Below are positions 8,518 to 16,830 of a stretch of 64,000 bases of DNA, one piece after another. The notes under the pieces are model-generated. The model had not been told where the DNA came from, made no database searches, and saw nothing but the letters and a program-made list of their open reading frames with translations. Source of the stretch: a virus (taxonomy: Duplodnaviria > Caudoviricetes); the IMG/VR virus record IMGVR_UViG_2862873970_000001, positions 1 to 64,000 of that record. One strand, 5' to 3'. The position numbers and the translations under genes were made by a program. How positions within the stretch are numbered: the first letter of the stretch is position 1; the number at the start of each line of letters is the position of its first letter.

Positions 8518-9301
8518 TCTTTAGGGCATGACCTATAAGCCGCCGCAAGGTGGTGAAAGGCGAGGTGACAACTCGCCGCCGGCAACGGTACCTCATGCAA
8601 TCCCAACTCAACACCGTCACTGATACTGGCGGTGCGCTACCGAGTTACGCCCCCGGCCCAGGGCTGTGAACCAGTGGGGCTGACCATGCCGTACGTGCGG
8701 CTGAAAAGGCTATCGAACAAGGCTAGCGTGAGTGCGGAAGGAATATCAGTCCGACCCCGGCAGGGAAGGGCGGATTCCATGACGGTTTTAGTGCGGTGGT
8801 CGACGGATCACACGACGAATCCTGAGGGTGCGAAACAGGTGAGCCGACCTGAAGCACGAGAGGCGTGAAGCATTCTGTACCTCAAAAGGGTGCGGACCTT
8901 CATGGGGAAGCACGTCTCCAGTCAAAAACACACTTAGCTCATTGGCAGAGCATTGATATTTGGAATCAACGGAGTGGGTTCGATCCCCACAGTGTAATCA
9001 TCGCTATATGGTTATATAAAGCAAAAGCCTTTCCCTGCTGTAAAGTTAAAGCGTCTTAATCCCCTGCCGAGGTCGGAACAGGGGCCGTCACGAGCCCGCA
9101 AGGCGACGGCGGTTCATGGACAAGTAGTGCAGCTCTGGGCCCGCGAACCCAGTGTCGAAGCGAACGTCGTGGAGTAGCTTGCAGCATAACGAGTGGTTAG
9201 CGTAACTGACCAGGCGTGGTAAGTACCGATGGGAATCGGTGGAAAAGTCAGGAATCCATAATCTGGCGAAAGCTTACTGAGGAACGGTGTATTCTCAGCC
9301 T
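8518..9301 (+). ncRNA. large structured ncRNA, GOLLD-like
   Basis: ~780 nt with no convincing ORF; many GNRA-capped stems; internal tRNA-like element; segments such as TCAAAAGG, GAGTAG, ACGAGTGGT and terminal GTATTCTCAG resemble GOLLD as I recall it. Boundaries approximate. Confidence 0.65.
8928..8998 (+). tRNA. degenerate tRNA-like element (anticodon TTG, Gln) inside the ncRNA
   Basis: D arm GCTC-ATTGGCA-GAGC, anticodon arm TTGAT-ATTTGGA-ATCAA, T arm GTGGG-TTCGATC-CCCAC; acceptor stem only 5 bp (ACACT/AGTGT); no CCA. Confidence 0.6.
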
Positions 9302-9532
9302 CTACAAACTTTAATAGGACCGCGCCGGGGCGCTATGGGCAGGAACCGACCTGCCACCCGGCCGTCACCGCGCTTATCCCGACGCGCCTGATAAGTATCG
9401 GGACAAAACTTAAGCTCCCTCGCGCCCACGCTGGTGGCCGGTTTATCCGGTGGTAAATTCCATAGCAGGGAGAGCTGCACCGAGGGGCGTAAAGGTGCGG
9501 ACCCAAAATTACGTGATGTAAAGGATGGCGTG

Positions 9533-9805
9533 ATGCCAAAAGAAATCATTCAGTTCGCACAGACCGAGCTGCCCAGTGGGCAGCCAGTCGCTGATGCCAC
9601 CAGCGTGGAATTGCGCTGGTCGAAGCCCGAGGCCGGCGGTAATCTCCAGTTGCGCTTTCAGCGCCACGTCTGGGATCAATCCTTCCGTGACTCAGGCGTC
9701 GAAGAGATCGACCAGTACACCGACCAACTCAGCCGTGATGATTGCAACCGGCTGATTCGGGCGCTGAGGCGTGCTCGCGACCAGGTTTACGGCGCGGACG
9801 CATAA
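9533..9805 (+). CDS. hypothetical protein
   Basis: AAGGA RBS; C-terminus LSR..CN.LIR.LRRARDQ.YG.D typical of actinophage proteins. Confidence 0.65.
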   Translation: MPKEIIQFAQTELPSGQPVADATSVELRWSKPEAGGNLQLRFQRHVWDQSFRDSGVEEIDQYTDQLSRDDCNRLIRALRRARDQVYGADA

Positions 9806-10030
9806 AACTCTCCCACCCTAGTCGTCGGGGTGGGGTGATCTACAAAGGCGACACGACGTCTGACATAGCGCAGTATGTCCGCTGATTGCCGGCGTTAGGG
9901 CAGTCGGGGGCCAACTCACGCCCACCCCTTGTGAACAACCTATGGGCGTCTAACTTCTAATTCTGGCGCTCCCCGGCCACTATCCCTTCCTACTAAATGC
10001 AGTGGAGTTGAGGGTTTTGAGCGCCACGCA

Positions 10031-10072
10031 CCGGGGTGCCCCCGTTAAGGCTGAGGCACCCCGGCTCTCTTT
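10031..10072 (+). terminator. putative intrinsic terminator
   Basis: CCGGGGTGCC...GGCACCCCGG stem followed by CTCTCTTT. Confidence 0.5.
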
Positions 10073-10091
10073 ATGTAAGGAGCCATTGAGT

Positions 10092-10328
10092 ATGAACGCT
10101 GGCTGGAAATGGATGCAGTTGTTCCTCAATGTGCTGGATTACGAACTTGACGATGGCCCGATGTTGTCGGAAGGCGCGGATTCGCTCGTGGAGCAACATC
10201 CCATCGCCGGCCGCGTGTTCATCGTGTCAGTCGGCTCGATCATCACCCTCCATCTCGCCAACCTCATGGACGAGAGATACGACCTGTTAGCCCAATCATT
10301 TTGGAAGAGACTTCGTAAGGGAAGATAA
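10092..10328 (+). CDS. hypothetical (membrane) protein
   Basis: AAGGAG RBS; hydrophobic segment. Confidence 0.5.
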   Translation: MNAGWKWMQLFLNVLDYELDDGPMLSEGADSLVEQHPIAGRVFIVSVGSIITLHLANLMDERYDLLAQSFWKRLRKGR

Positions 10329-10826
10329 ATGGCATCCAGAGCCGAACGCAAACAATTGAATAAGAATTGGCTGCGGAAGCTGCTGACTGGACAACCACAC
10401 TTTATCATCGGCGGTGAGCACAACCCCTATTTACTTAGGTGGTTTTTGATCCCCCGCAACTCCTTTATCAACATCTATCTGCATAAATTCAAGCGCAGCG
10501 ACGACGACCGCGCCTTGCACGACCATCCCTGGTGGTTCGCCTCCCTGATCCTCAAGGGTCAGTACATCGAGCACCGCGACGATGGCTCTACAAGGCACCG
10601 GAAAGCGGGCTCAGTTGCCCTCAGGCGGCCGAACACGCTTCACCGGGTGCAACTCCTACAAGAGGTTGTCACCAGCGATGCCGGCTGGACCATGCAGCGC
10701 GAGCGTCCCACCTGGACGTTGATTGTCACCGGGCCTAAATTGCGCAATTGGGGATTCGAATGCGCGCGCGGATGGGTTCCCTGGGAGTACTTCGAACACA
10801 ATAATGGATGCGGCGAATACGCTTGA
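10329..10826 (+). CDS. cupin-like hypothetical protein
   Basis: IYLH.F.RSDDDRALHDHPW...G.Y.E...HRV.L. Confidence 0.65.
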   Translation: MASRAERKQLNKNWLRKLLTGQPHFIIGGEHNPYLLRWFLIPRNSFINIYLHKFKRSDDDRALHDHPWWFASLILKGQYIEHRDDGSTRHRKAGSVALRRPNTLHRVQLLQEVVTSDAGWTMQRERPTWTLIVTGPKLRNWGFECARGWVPWEYFEHNNGCGEYA

Positions 10827-10926
10827 ATAAACTGAGTGACAAGTTCTGGTATTACTACTGGTACTTCTATTTGTGGCTGCAGGAACAGGTTGATTACTTC
10901 CAACTCGGGCCGTTAGGTGTAGTTAA

Positions 10927-11268
10927 ATGAATTGCCATCCCATCCTCGATGAGGTACGAGTCACTAGTGAGACCGGTGGCCAAAAGGGTTCTAAGCTCGC
11001 GCGCTTCGACCTTATCCCGGCAGAAATCCTCTGGGAGATCGCTGAGCATTTTGGAAAAGGCGCAGCTAAATATTCAGATTCGAATTGGAAAAAAGGCTAT
11101 GACTGGAAGTACTCCTACGCAGCCTGCCAGCGCCACCTGAATTCTTTCTGGGCTGGCGAGGACATCGATCCCGAGACCGGGACTAAGCACGTTGTCGCCG
11201 CAGCCTGGCACTGCATCGCCCTGGCTTGGTTCATGGACAACATGCCGGAATACGACTCGCGTGGCTAA
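10927..11268 (+). CDS. dATP/dGTP diphosphohydrolase-domain protein
   Basis: RFDLIP...GA.KY...NW.KG...RHL..FW.GED.DPETG..H...AAW. Confidence 0.85.
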   Translation: MNCHPILDEVRVTSETGGQKGSKLARFDLIPAEILWEIAEHFGKGAAKYSDSNWKKGYDWKYSYAACQRHLNSFWAGEDIDPETGTKHVVAAAWHCIALAWFMDNMPEYDSRG

Positions 11269-12022
11269 CGGCCCCAAGACTCTGATCTATGACATTGAGC
11301 TAGCACCTAATGTGGTGTCGGCCTGGTCTCTTTTTAAGCCGATGATCGGCATAAATCAGATCATTGAGTCTTCGCACATCATCTGCTTTGCCTACCGCTG
11401 GCATGGCGAGAAACGCACCAAGTTCGCCTCCGAATGGGGCGATGGGTACAGCGACATGATCGCAACCCTGCACGCCCTCTTCGAAGAGGCTGATGTGGTC
11501 TGCGGGTACAACAGTGTCGGATTTGACGATAAGCACACCAGGGCGGCATTCCTAACCGAAGGATTAGCCCCTCCAGCCCCCTTTAAGCAGCTAGATCTCT
11601 ACAAGGAGATTCGCCGCCAGTTCAACTTTCCGAGTCGCAAGCTGGATTACATCTGCCAGCGCTTGGGGCTGGGGCATAAGGTGGCACACACCGGCCAAGA
11701 GCTGTGGAATGAAGTCCTGCGGCCCTCCAGTGAGCAGTCGGGCAAGAAGGCCCGCGCCCTTATGGCCAAGTATTGCAAGACCGACGTCGACTTGACGGTT
11801 GACCTGTATGACCTTCTTTACCCATGGCTCAAGATGCCGATTAACGCTGGCTTGTTTGTTGACGACAACGAGCCGGCGTGCCCCCACTGTGGCCATGCTG
11901 TACAGCGCCGGGGGTGGGCATATACGACAAACGGACGTTATCGCCGCTACTACTGCCCGGACTGCCATGTGTGGTCGAAGGGCAAGACCGGGGATAAATT
12001 CGCAGAATTGAGAGCAGCATGA
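11261..12022 (+). CDS. RNase H-fold (DnaQ-like) 3'-5' exonuclease with C-terminal Zn ribbon
   Basis: YDIE, GYNS..FD, KLDY, YC..DV; CPHCG...C.DC. Confidence 0.85.
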   Translation: MANGPKTLIYDIELAPNVVSAWSLFKPMIGINQIIESSHIICFAYRWHGEKRTKFASEWGDGYSDMIATLHALFEEADVVCGYNSVGFDDKHTRAAFLTEGLAPPAPFKQLDLYKEIRRQFNFPSRKLDYICQRLGLGHKVAHTGQELWNEVLRPSSEQSGKKARALMAKYCKTDVDLTVDLYDLLYPWLKMPINAGLFVDDNEPACPHCGHAVQRRGWAYTTNGRYRRYYCPDCHVWSKGKTGDKFAELRAA

Positions 12023-12289
12023 TCCAGACCTATGTCCAAAGAATATAACGACCGCTGTGATAGGCCGCTGCGTGAACAATATGCCGCACTTGAGCAGCAA
12101 CCCCTCCAGGTTATTGCTGGCCCCATGCCCTGGAGCACGGGGCAAAGCCTGTGACTGACGGGATTGCATTGCCGACACCAAACTGGTGGGCTTACGTGCC
12201 CTGGCGCGACATCATCGATCACGTCGAGGCCAATAGGCCCGGTAGCCTAGCCAACAACATCTCCCGCGAGAACGCGAGGAAGATTCTCG

Positions 12290-12607
12290 GTGGGTAATCC
12301 CATTGCCCGCCAGACGCTAGATGGCCCATGGGAATCTGACTATGCCCGCATGATCGGCGGTCCCATGCCCATCGTGACCGGCTACGACGCAACGATACAG
12401 GCCGCGGTCGACGGATGGACATACATATTCGATGGCGCCGGCAACTATCTAGGCCGTAAGCGCACCAACCCCGCCTGGGCGTTCGCCCATGGGGATAACT
12501 CCTGGGTTGATGAGATCCACGATTATGTAGGAGAAGAAAGTGACGACGCTGTTTCCGCTCGATCAGGAACAGAACGACAAGCTTCTCCTACAGGAAGCTC
12601 AGCGTAA
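12290..12607 (+). CDS. hypothetical protein
   Basis: ORF in the rightward operon. Confidence 0.4.
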   Translation: MGNPIARQTLDGPWESDYARMIGGPMPIVTGYDATIQAAVDGWTYIFDGAGNYLGRKRTNPAWAFAHGDNSWVDEIHDYVGEESDDAVSARSGTERQASPTGSSA

Positions 12608-13001
12608 GCAAGATTTAATAGACTTCGCCACTCGGCGATTTGCACCTCATCTGGTTGACAAACCCGATGTCCGACTAATCAATTTGTACTCCACGAACGC
12701 ATCCCTGCGGAAGGAGATCCGCGCCCTATGTGGCGACCGGATAATTTGCGTGGAACATGTGGTGGCCGCGACCGGGCGTAAAGACCGCAATGAGATGGTG
12801 CAAGAGGGCATGTATCTGGATCTGCCTCAATCGGCGGATCTGGTTGCCACCAAGTCGGCGTTGAACACAAAGGTGGAATGGTTGGCAGCGCGTTTAGGTG
12901 CGTTGCCAATCGTTCTGCCTGAAGCCACTAACTACCTCATGGCACTTCTGGAAAAGAAGCACGTCCTGACGATTGTCGGGGGCGAGCAATCAAGAAGCTG
13001 A
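12540..13001 (+). CDS. hypothetical protein
   Basis: AGGAG RBS; 153-aa ORF. Confidence 0.55.
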   Translation: MTTLFPLDQEQNDKLLLQEAQRKQDLIDFATRRFAPHLVDKPDVRLINLYSTNASLRKEIRALCGDRIICVEHVVAATGRKDRNEMVQEGMYLDLPQSADLVATKSALNTKVEWLAARLGALPIVLPEATNYLMALLEKKHVLTIVGGEQSRS

Positions 13002-13017
13002 GTCGACTAAAGGTGTC

Positions 13018-13434
13018 ATGATGGATAACTATTACTACTGCTGGTATCCCATGCGGGTGCTGCCGTATCAGGTTCTCACCCCATCCCTAACCATGTCGGG
13101 ATGCCAATGCGGACTAGGCAATGGCCAGCCCGCAGCGCGACTCTTCGCGACGTCTCTAACGGCCGAGCAGGAACTGATCCACACCCAGTACAAGGGTGGT
13201 ATCAGCATGGAGGAGGATTTCTATCCGGAGACTTTGACTGCGAACTTCATCGCCCCCGAGGCTGCCGCGGTTATGATATTCGGCATCTGGATCCACCCCA
13301 AGGCTTATCGCAAGGGTTCCGTCTACTTCGGCTTCTACGAGAAGGTCAAACGCACCCCTCCTATCGCCGGCCGGCTTCTCGACTCTTCACTCAATGAGGT
13401 TATTGAGCTTGATCCATATTCACCGCTGGTCTAA
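13018..13434 (+). CDS. hypothetical protein
   Basis: Open frame; start uncertain. Confidence 0.4.
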   Translation: MMDNYYYCWYPMRVLPYQVLTPSLTMSGCQCGLGNGQPAARLFATSLTAEQELIHTQYKGGISMEEDFYPETLTANFIAPEAAAVMIFGIWIHPKAYRKGSVYFGFYEKVKRTPPIAGRLLDSSLNEVIELDPYSPLV

Positions 13435-13521
13435 GTGGTCTGTGCCGTTTCAGCGGTATGACCTGATGTGGAAGTCGAGTCGACGCTGTCGCAGGTGCGG
13501 GAAGGAACAGGTGAAACTGAT

Positions 13522-13797
13522 ATGAGTGATCTTCGTGCGCGCCTCGCGGACGCACTGTGGCATCAGTGGGTTCCATCCCATGTCGTGTACGGCAGTGATG
13601 AGCCGGTCGGATTCCGCTCTCTGTGTGAATGGTCAGAATCCGTTGCCGATGTGCTGTTGTCGTTACCCGGCATCGCCATCCTGGACGAACAAGGCATCAA
13701 GACCGTCAACAAAGCCGCATCCGTCCTCGCGGGACACATAGGCGGCGATCTGTCACGCCGACTCAGCGCACTGATCGCGGCTAAGGAGGTTAATTGA
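13522..13797 (+). CDS. hypothetical protein
   Basis: MSDLRARLADAL...ADVLLSLPGIAI, a common mycobacteriophage small-protein pattern. Confidence 0.6.
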   Translation: MSDLRARLADALWHQWVPSHVVYGSDEPVGFRSLCEWSESVADVLLSLPGIAILDEQGIKTVNKAASVLAGHIGGDLSRRLSALIAAKEVN

Positions 13798-14207
13798 CCG
13801 ACGCTCATGAGCAAGAGGTCACGCATCACTACACGATGCACTACCCCGAACACGAGCCGCGCGAGCACGATCCCCACTACCACGATTTCGAGGCCTACCG
13901 GCGCCGCACAAAGGCGACCGCGGTGTGTGCCATAGGTGAGTGGCGGAAAGACTTCTCGGGCTGTCGGGGGCCGCTAGAGCTGCATCACGCGCACATCGAG
14001 TTCGCCCTGCAAAACGCCGTCGACTTAGCCGTCCTGGAGGCGCACTATCCCGGTGTGTCCAATCCGGACGAGGTTGGCGAATGGGTGGAGTCCGCGGCCA
14101 ACCTGGAATGGCTCTGCCAGTTCCATCATCGAGGCCATGGCGGGGTGCATGTCGCGTCCTCTAGTGACTTCGAAGCCCAGAAATTCATCGAGGGACTAAT
14201 CAGCTAG
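13794..14207 (+). CDS. His-rich HNH-like protein
   Basis: LELHH, NL..LC..HHRG..GVH. Confidence 0.55.
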   Translation: MTDAHEQEVTHHYTMHYPEHEPREHDPHYHDFEAYRRRTKATAVCAIGEWRKDFSGCRGPLELHHAHIEFALQNAVDLAVLEAHYPGVSNPDEVGEWVESAANLEWLCQFHHRGHGGVHVASSSDFEAQKFIEGLIS

Positions 14208-14215
14208 GACTCCGC

Positions 14216-14783
14216 ATGGACAAGTCATCGATCCCCTACTGGGTGGGTCTGCGTAACCAAATCTCTTACCGCGCCCACCAGCGTCGCGAGCCTATTACTT
14301 GCGCCAGCGGGGAAGAGACAACGTCCTACCTTGACCTCAAGAGCCTATTCACCCACAGCGGTGCGATGCTGCATCTAGCCGAGGCTATGCGTATCTATCG
14401 CCGCCAACTGGGCATCCCACTCCCCACGGCGGTGGGTGGGCCGACAATGGGCGCTGACTTCATGGCGTTCTCCATCGCTGTCGCACAGGTGGGCATTGAC
14501 TGGTTCTCCGTGCGCGACAAGCCCAAAGATCACGGCCTACAGAAGCTGATCGAGGGCGCCGAGCTTGACGAGTTCGACAAAGGTCGTCCTCGTGGATGAC
14601 GTGGTCTCTACTGGTGCTTCACTCATGCGCGCCTTCGATGCCGTATGGGATACCGGCGCTGAGATCCTAGCCGTCATGCCTTTAGTGGACCGTGCCGGCG
14701 TGGCCGATACGTCTTTCCGCGAACGAGGGGTGCGCTATCACCCACTGTTCACCCACCATGAGTTGGGAATTGATCCGCTGTAA
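14216..14783 (+). pseudogene. pyrE: orotate phosphoribosyltransferase-like gene split by a +1 frameshift
   Basis: ASG.....YLDLK, VGGP.MGA, VR..PKDHG..KLIEG in one frame; VVLVDDVVSTGAS PRPP motif in the +1 frame; break at AAA 14579-14581. Confidence 0.8.
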
Positions 14784-14989
14784 TGGATCACAAAGAGATC
14801 GCCGAAGCCCTTCTAGGCGCCAGCGACGTGTGGGCTCATGGCGGTATCGCACCGGATGGCCGACCACAAGCCTGGCCTTCAGCCCTCACCCACGCCATCC
14901 TGGCCCTGTGTGACCGCCTGGACGCCTTGCCGGCCGTCATCGCCCTAACTGATGCGGAAGAGTGCGAAGAGGGCCCAGAGGACCGATAA
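14783..14989 (+). CDS. hypothetical protein
   Basis: TAATG coupling; its TAA stop lies in the left arm of dif-like site A. Confidence 0.5.
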   Translation: MDHKEIAEALLGASDVWAHGGIAPDGRPQAWPSALTHAILALCDRLDALPAVIALTDAEECEEGPEDR

Positions 14990-15006
14990 GACGCCTTACG
15001 TCAGGC
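14979..15006 (+). repeat. dif/Xer-like site A
   Basis: AGGACCGATAA-GACGCC-TTACGTCAGGC (11-6-11). Confidence 0.7.
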
Positions 15007-15162
15007 CTCAGGGAAGTGAACCGAGAGCTTTGCGCGCCCGTCCTGCGCGGCCTCAACGATGGCGTTCCATTCCGGCTCGGGGACGTCGTACCTGCTCCCG
15101 TCCGTGAAACGGACCTCGACATCCCCGTTTCCGCGCCCGATGGCGTAATCGAAAACCTTCAT
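15001..15162 (-). CDS. cassette gene 1 (53 aa, MKVFDYAIGRGNGDVEVRFTDG...)
   Basis: GGGAG RBS just after site B; TGA stop inside the right arm of site A. Confidence 0.6.
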   Translation of the reverse strand: MKVFDYAIGRGNGDVEVRFTDGSRYDVPEPEWNAIVEAAQDGRAKLSVHFPEA

Positions 15163-15178
15163 GTCATCTCCCTGTCGA

Positions 15179-15210
15179 AGTGCCGATAATCAAGCGGTCT
15201 TATGTCGTCT
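15179..15210 (+). repeat. dif/Xer-like site B
   Basis: AGTGCCGATAA-TCAAGCGGTC-TTATGTCGTCT. Confidence 0.75.
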
Positions 15211-15397
15211 GTTCGGGATGCCAGGCGGCGATGTTGGCGCGCACAGCGCGGTCACGCGCCGCCAGCGCATCGTTGTATCTCTGTCGAGCCTCATCGACTT
15301 CATGCTGCGCCGCTAGCAGGTCAATTAGGGCAGCATCGACTGCCGCATTGGCCTCTAGGCGTTCACGCCAAGTGCGCTCTTTCAGTGTCTCGCTCAT
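15200..15397 (-). CDS. cassette gene 2 (65 aa, coiled coil)
   Basis: RBS just after site C; stop TAA is the TTA of site B. Confidence 0.6.
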   Translation of the reverse strand: MSETLKERTWRERLEANAAVDAALIDLLAAQHEVDEARQRYNDALAARDRAVRANIAAWHPEQTT

Positions 15398-15406
15398 GTT
15401 GACCCT

Positions 15407-15438
15407 TCTGCCGATAACTGCACGGTCTTATGTCGGGC
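15407..15438 (+). repeat. dif/Xer-like site C
   Basis: TCTGCCGATAA-CTGCACGGTC-TTATGTCGGGC. Confidence 0.75.
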
Positions 15439-15691
15439 TCAGCGGCTTGACGTTGGGCAGCGCGTAGTACGGATATGCGTCGAACGTGTCGCAGTCGTCC
15501 AGCTCGTCATCGTCGGCGTCAAGGTACTCGCGGGACTCGTCAAACTCCCACTGGAAGATGCCGTCGTCGTTGAAATAGCCGTGGTCGGTGGCGTGCCCGG
15601 CAGAATGCTTTGTCCCGATGCGCCCGAACTTGTCCGCGAACGCGGTGCCACTGGGAATGTCCTCGAAACGGCGGTAGTCATAGTCAGCCAT
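15428..15691 (-). CDS. cassette gene 3 (87 aa, highly acidic)
   Basis: AAGGAG RBS after site D; stop TAA is the TTA of site C. Confidence 0.65.
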   Translation of the reverse strand: MADYDYRRFEDIPSGTAFADKFGRIGTKHSAGHATDHGYFNDDGIFQWEFDESREYLDADDDELDDCDTFDAYPYYALPNVKPLSPT

Positions 15692-15712
15692 CTTGGTTCT
15701 CCTTGTGATTTG

Positions 15713-15742
15713 TTAGCCGATAACGTTGCGTTTATGAAATCC
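15713..15742 (+). repeat. dif/Xer-like site D
   Basis: TTAGCCGATAA-CGTTGCGT-TTATGAAATCC. Confidence 0.7.
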
Positions 15743-15813
15743 GGTGTCGTCTAACGGCAGGACGTCGGGCTCTGGACCCGAAGGTTGGGGTTCGAATCCT
15801 TGCACCGGAGCCA
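15740..15813 (+). tRNA. tRNA-Gln(CTG)
   Basis: Full cloverleaf TCCGGTG...CACCGGA-G-CCA, anticodon arm TCGGG-CTCTGGA-CCCGA, GGTTCGAATCC T loop. Confidence 0.95.
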
Positions 15814-15884
15814 CCGCTGGCAGTCGGCACACGGACACCGCGCCGGCCAGTTGGGACACCGCGGGGCTGCTACCTCCATGAGTT

Positions 15885-16070
15885 TCATTGACACATCCTT
15901 TGCACTGTCGGAATAGACATACCAATAGCTTCTGCAAGCTCTTCGTACGTGTGTCCCGATAACTTCGCTTCCTTGACCGCTTCATTGAGGCCAGCTCGGG
16001 TATACGAGGCTTTTTCAGCCTGTTGCTGCCAGATCTTCGCTAGGCGACGCACGCGGGCAAGATGATCCAT
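15885..16070 (-). CDS. small HTH DNA-binding protein
   Basis: AVKEAK.SG.TYEELAEAIGMSIPTVQR. Confidence 0.65.
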   Translation of the reverse strand: MDHLARVRRLAKIWQQQAEKASYTRAGLNEAVKEAKLSGHTYEELAEAIGMSIPTVQRMCQ

Positions 16071-16387
16071 CACTGCCCCACCAGCGTCAGCAGCGTCACG
16101 CGCTTCCACCCCATCGGCTCACACGCATACGCTGTTTCGCCGATCACCACGACATCCCCAACCGAGAGGCTGCGGTTACCGTTCCTGCGGTATTCCTGCG
16201 CCCAGGTTGTCCCAGGATCGTCTTTGTTCAACTGACTGAATACGATCTTCAGCAGCATCTCGATATGCCCACACGCGGGCAATGAGGACTGGAAAACGAT
16301 GGCCTCAGTCAGATCGTCACCAGCCGTGTACCCACGAAATGCTGCGGAGTTGTTCAGCAGAACTTTCACTGTCGCTTTGTCGCCCAT
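16070..16387 (-). CDS. YodL-like hypothetical protein
   Basis: RSLSVGDVVVI....Y.C...GW motif. Confidence 0.55.
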   Translation of the reverse strand: MGDKATVKVLLNNSAAFRGYTAGDDLTEAIVFQSSLPACGHIEMLLKIVFSQLNKDDPGTTWAQEYRRNGNRSLSVGDVVVIGETAYACEPMGWKRVTLLTLVGQ

Positions 16388-16830
16388 CAGAGTCCAGCCT
16401 CCAGGATCTCCCCGGCCACCTTGGCAATCCTCTCGCCATGCTCGTCGGTGGCCTCGCAGTGCATCAGCACATAGGACAGGTAGTCCAGCTCTTGATTCAT
16501 GTCGAACTCGACGCCGGCCATGCCCGCGGCGAAGATGGCGACTGAGTGAGCCTCGACCTCATGCAGATCCTCGTTGGCCACCTTCTGCGCCAGCGCAGGT
16601 AATGCCGCCCACATCTCTTCGACCGTTTCGGGGAACTTCATGGTGTGCCCGAGCAGTATATGCGCCATCTCGTGCATGGCCACGAATTCGGGGTAACGCT
16701 CCTGCGGGTCTATCGCCACTTCTCGGCCGATGCTGTACCCGCGTGGCTCTCCTTCCATGGGTCGATAAGGGACTGGCGTGATGTCCAGCCTTTCCATGGC
16801 TTTACGGATATCCCATTTTGGTTGAGTCAT
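16387..16830 (-). CDS. zincin metallopeptidase (ArdC/MPTase or ImmA-like)
   Basis: HEMAHILLGH (HExxH) followed by EVEAHSVA and YL.Y. Confidence 0.7.
   Translation of the reverse strand: MTQPKWDIRKAMERLDITPVPYRPMEGEPRGYSIGREVAIDPQERYPEFVAMHEMAHILLGHTMKFPETVEEMWAALPALAQKVANEDLHEVEAHSVAIFAAGMAGVEFDMNQELDYLSYVLMHCEATDEHGERIAKVAGEILEAGL

Noticed and set aside
8526-8599. Hammerhead ribozyme (stems plus GAAA)
   Set aside because: No CUGANGA core; treated as part of the large RNA.
8632-9059. ORFs 8632..8868 and 8865..9059 as genes
   Set aside because: No recognisable motifs, and they overlap the hairpins and the tRNA-like element.
14979-15742. CRISPR array or classical integron attC array
   Set aside because: The intervening units are 170-290 bp whole genes, the repeats are only ~30 bp with variable centres and lack the long attC hairpin, and no cas or intI gene is present.
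15955-15975. CCCGATAA as another dif-like site
   Set aside because: It lies mid-gene with no TTAYG partner arm; the TCGATAA matches at ~16763 and ~23104 fail the same way.
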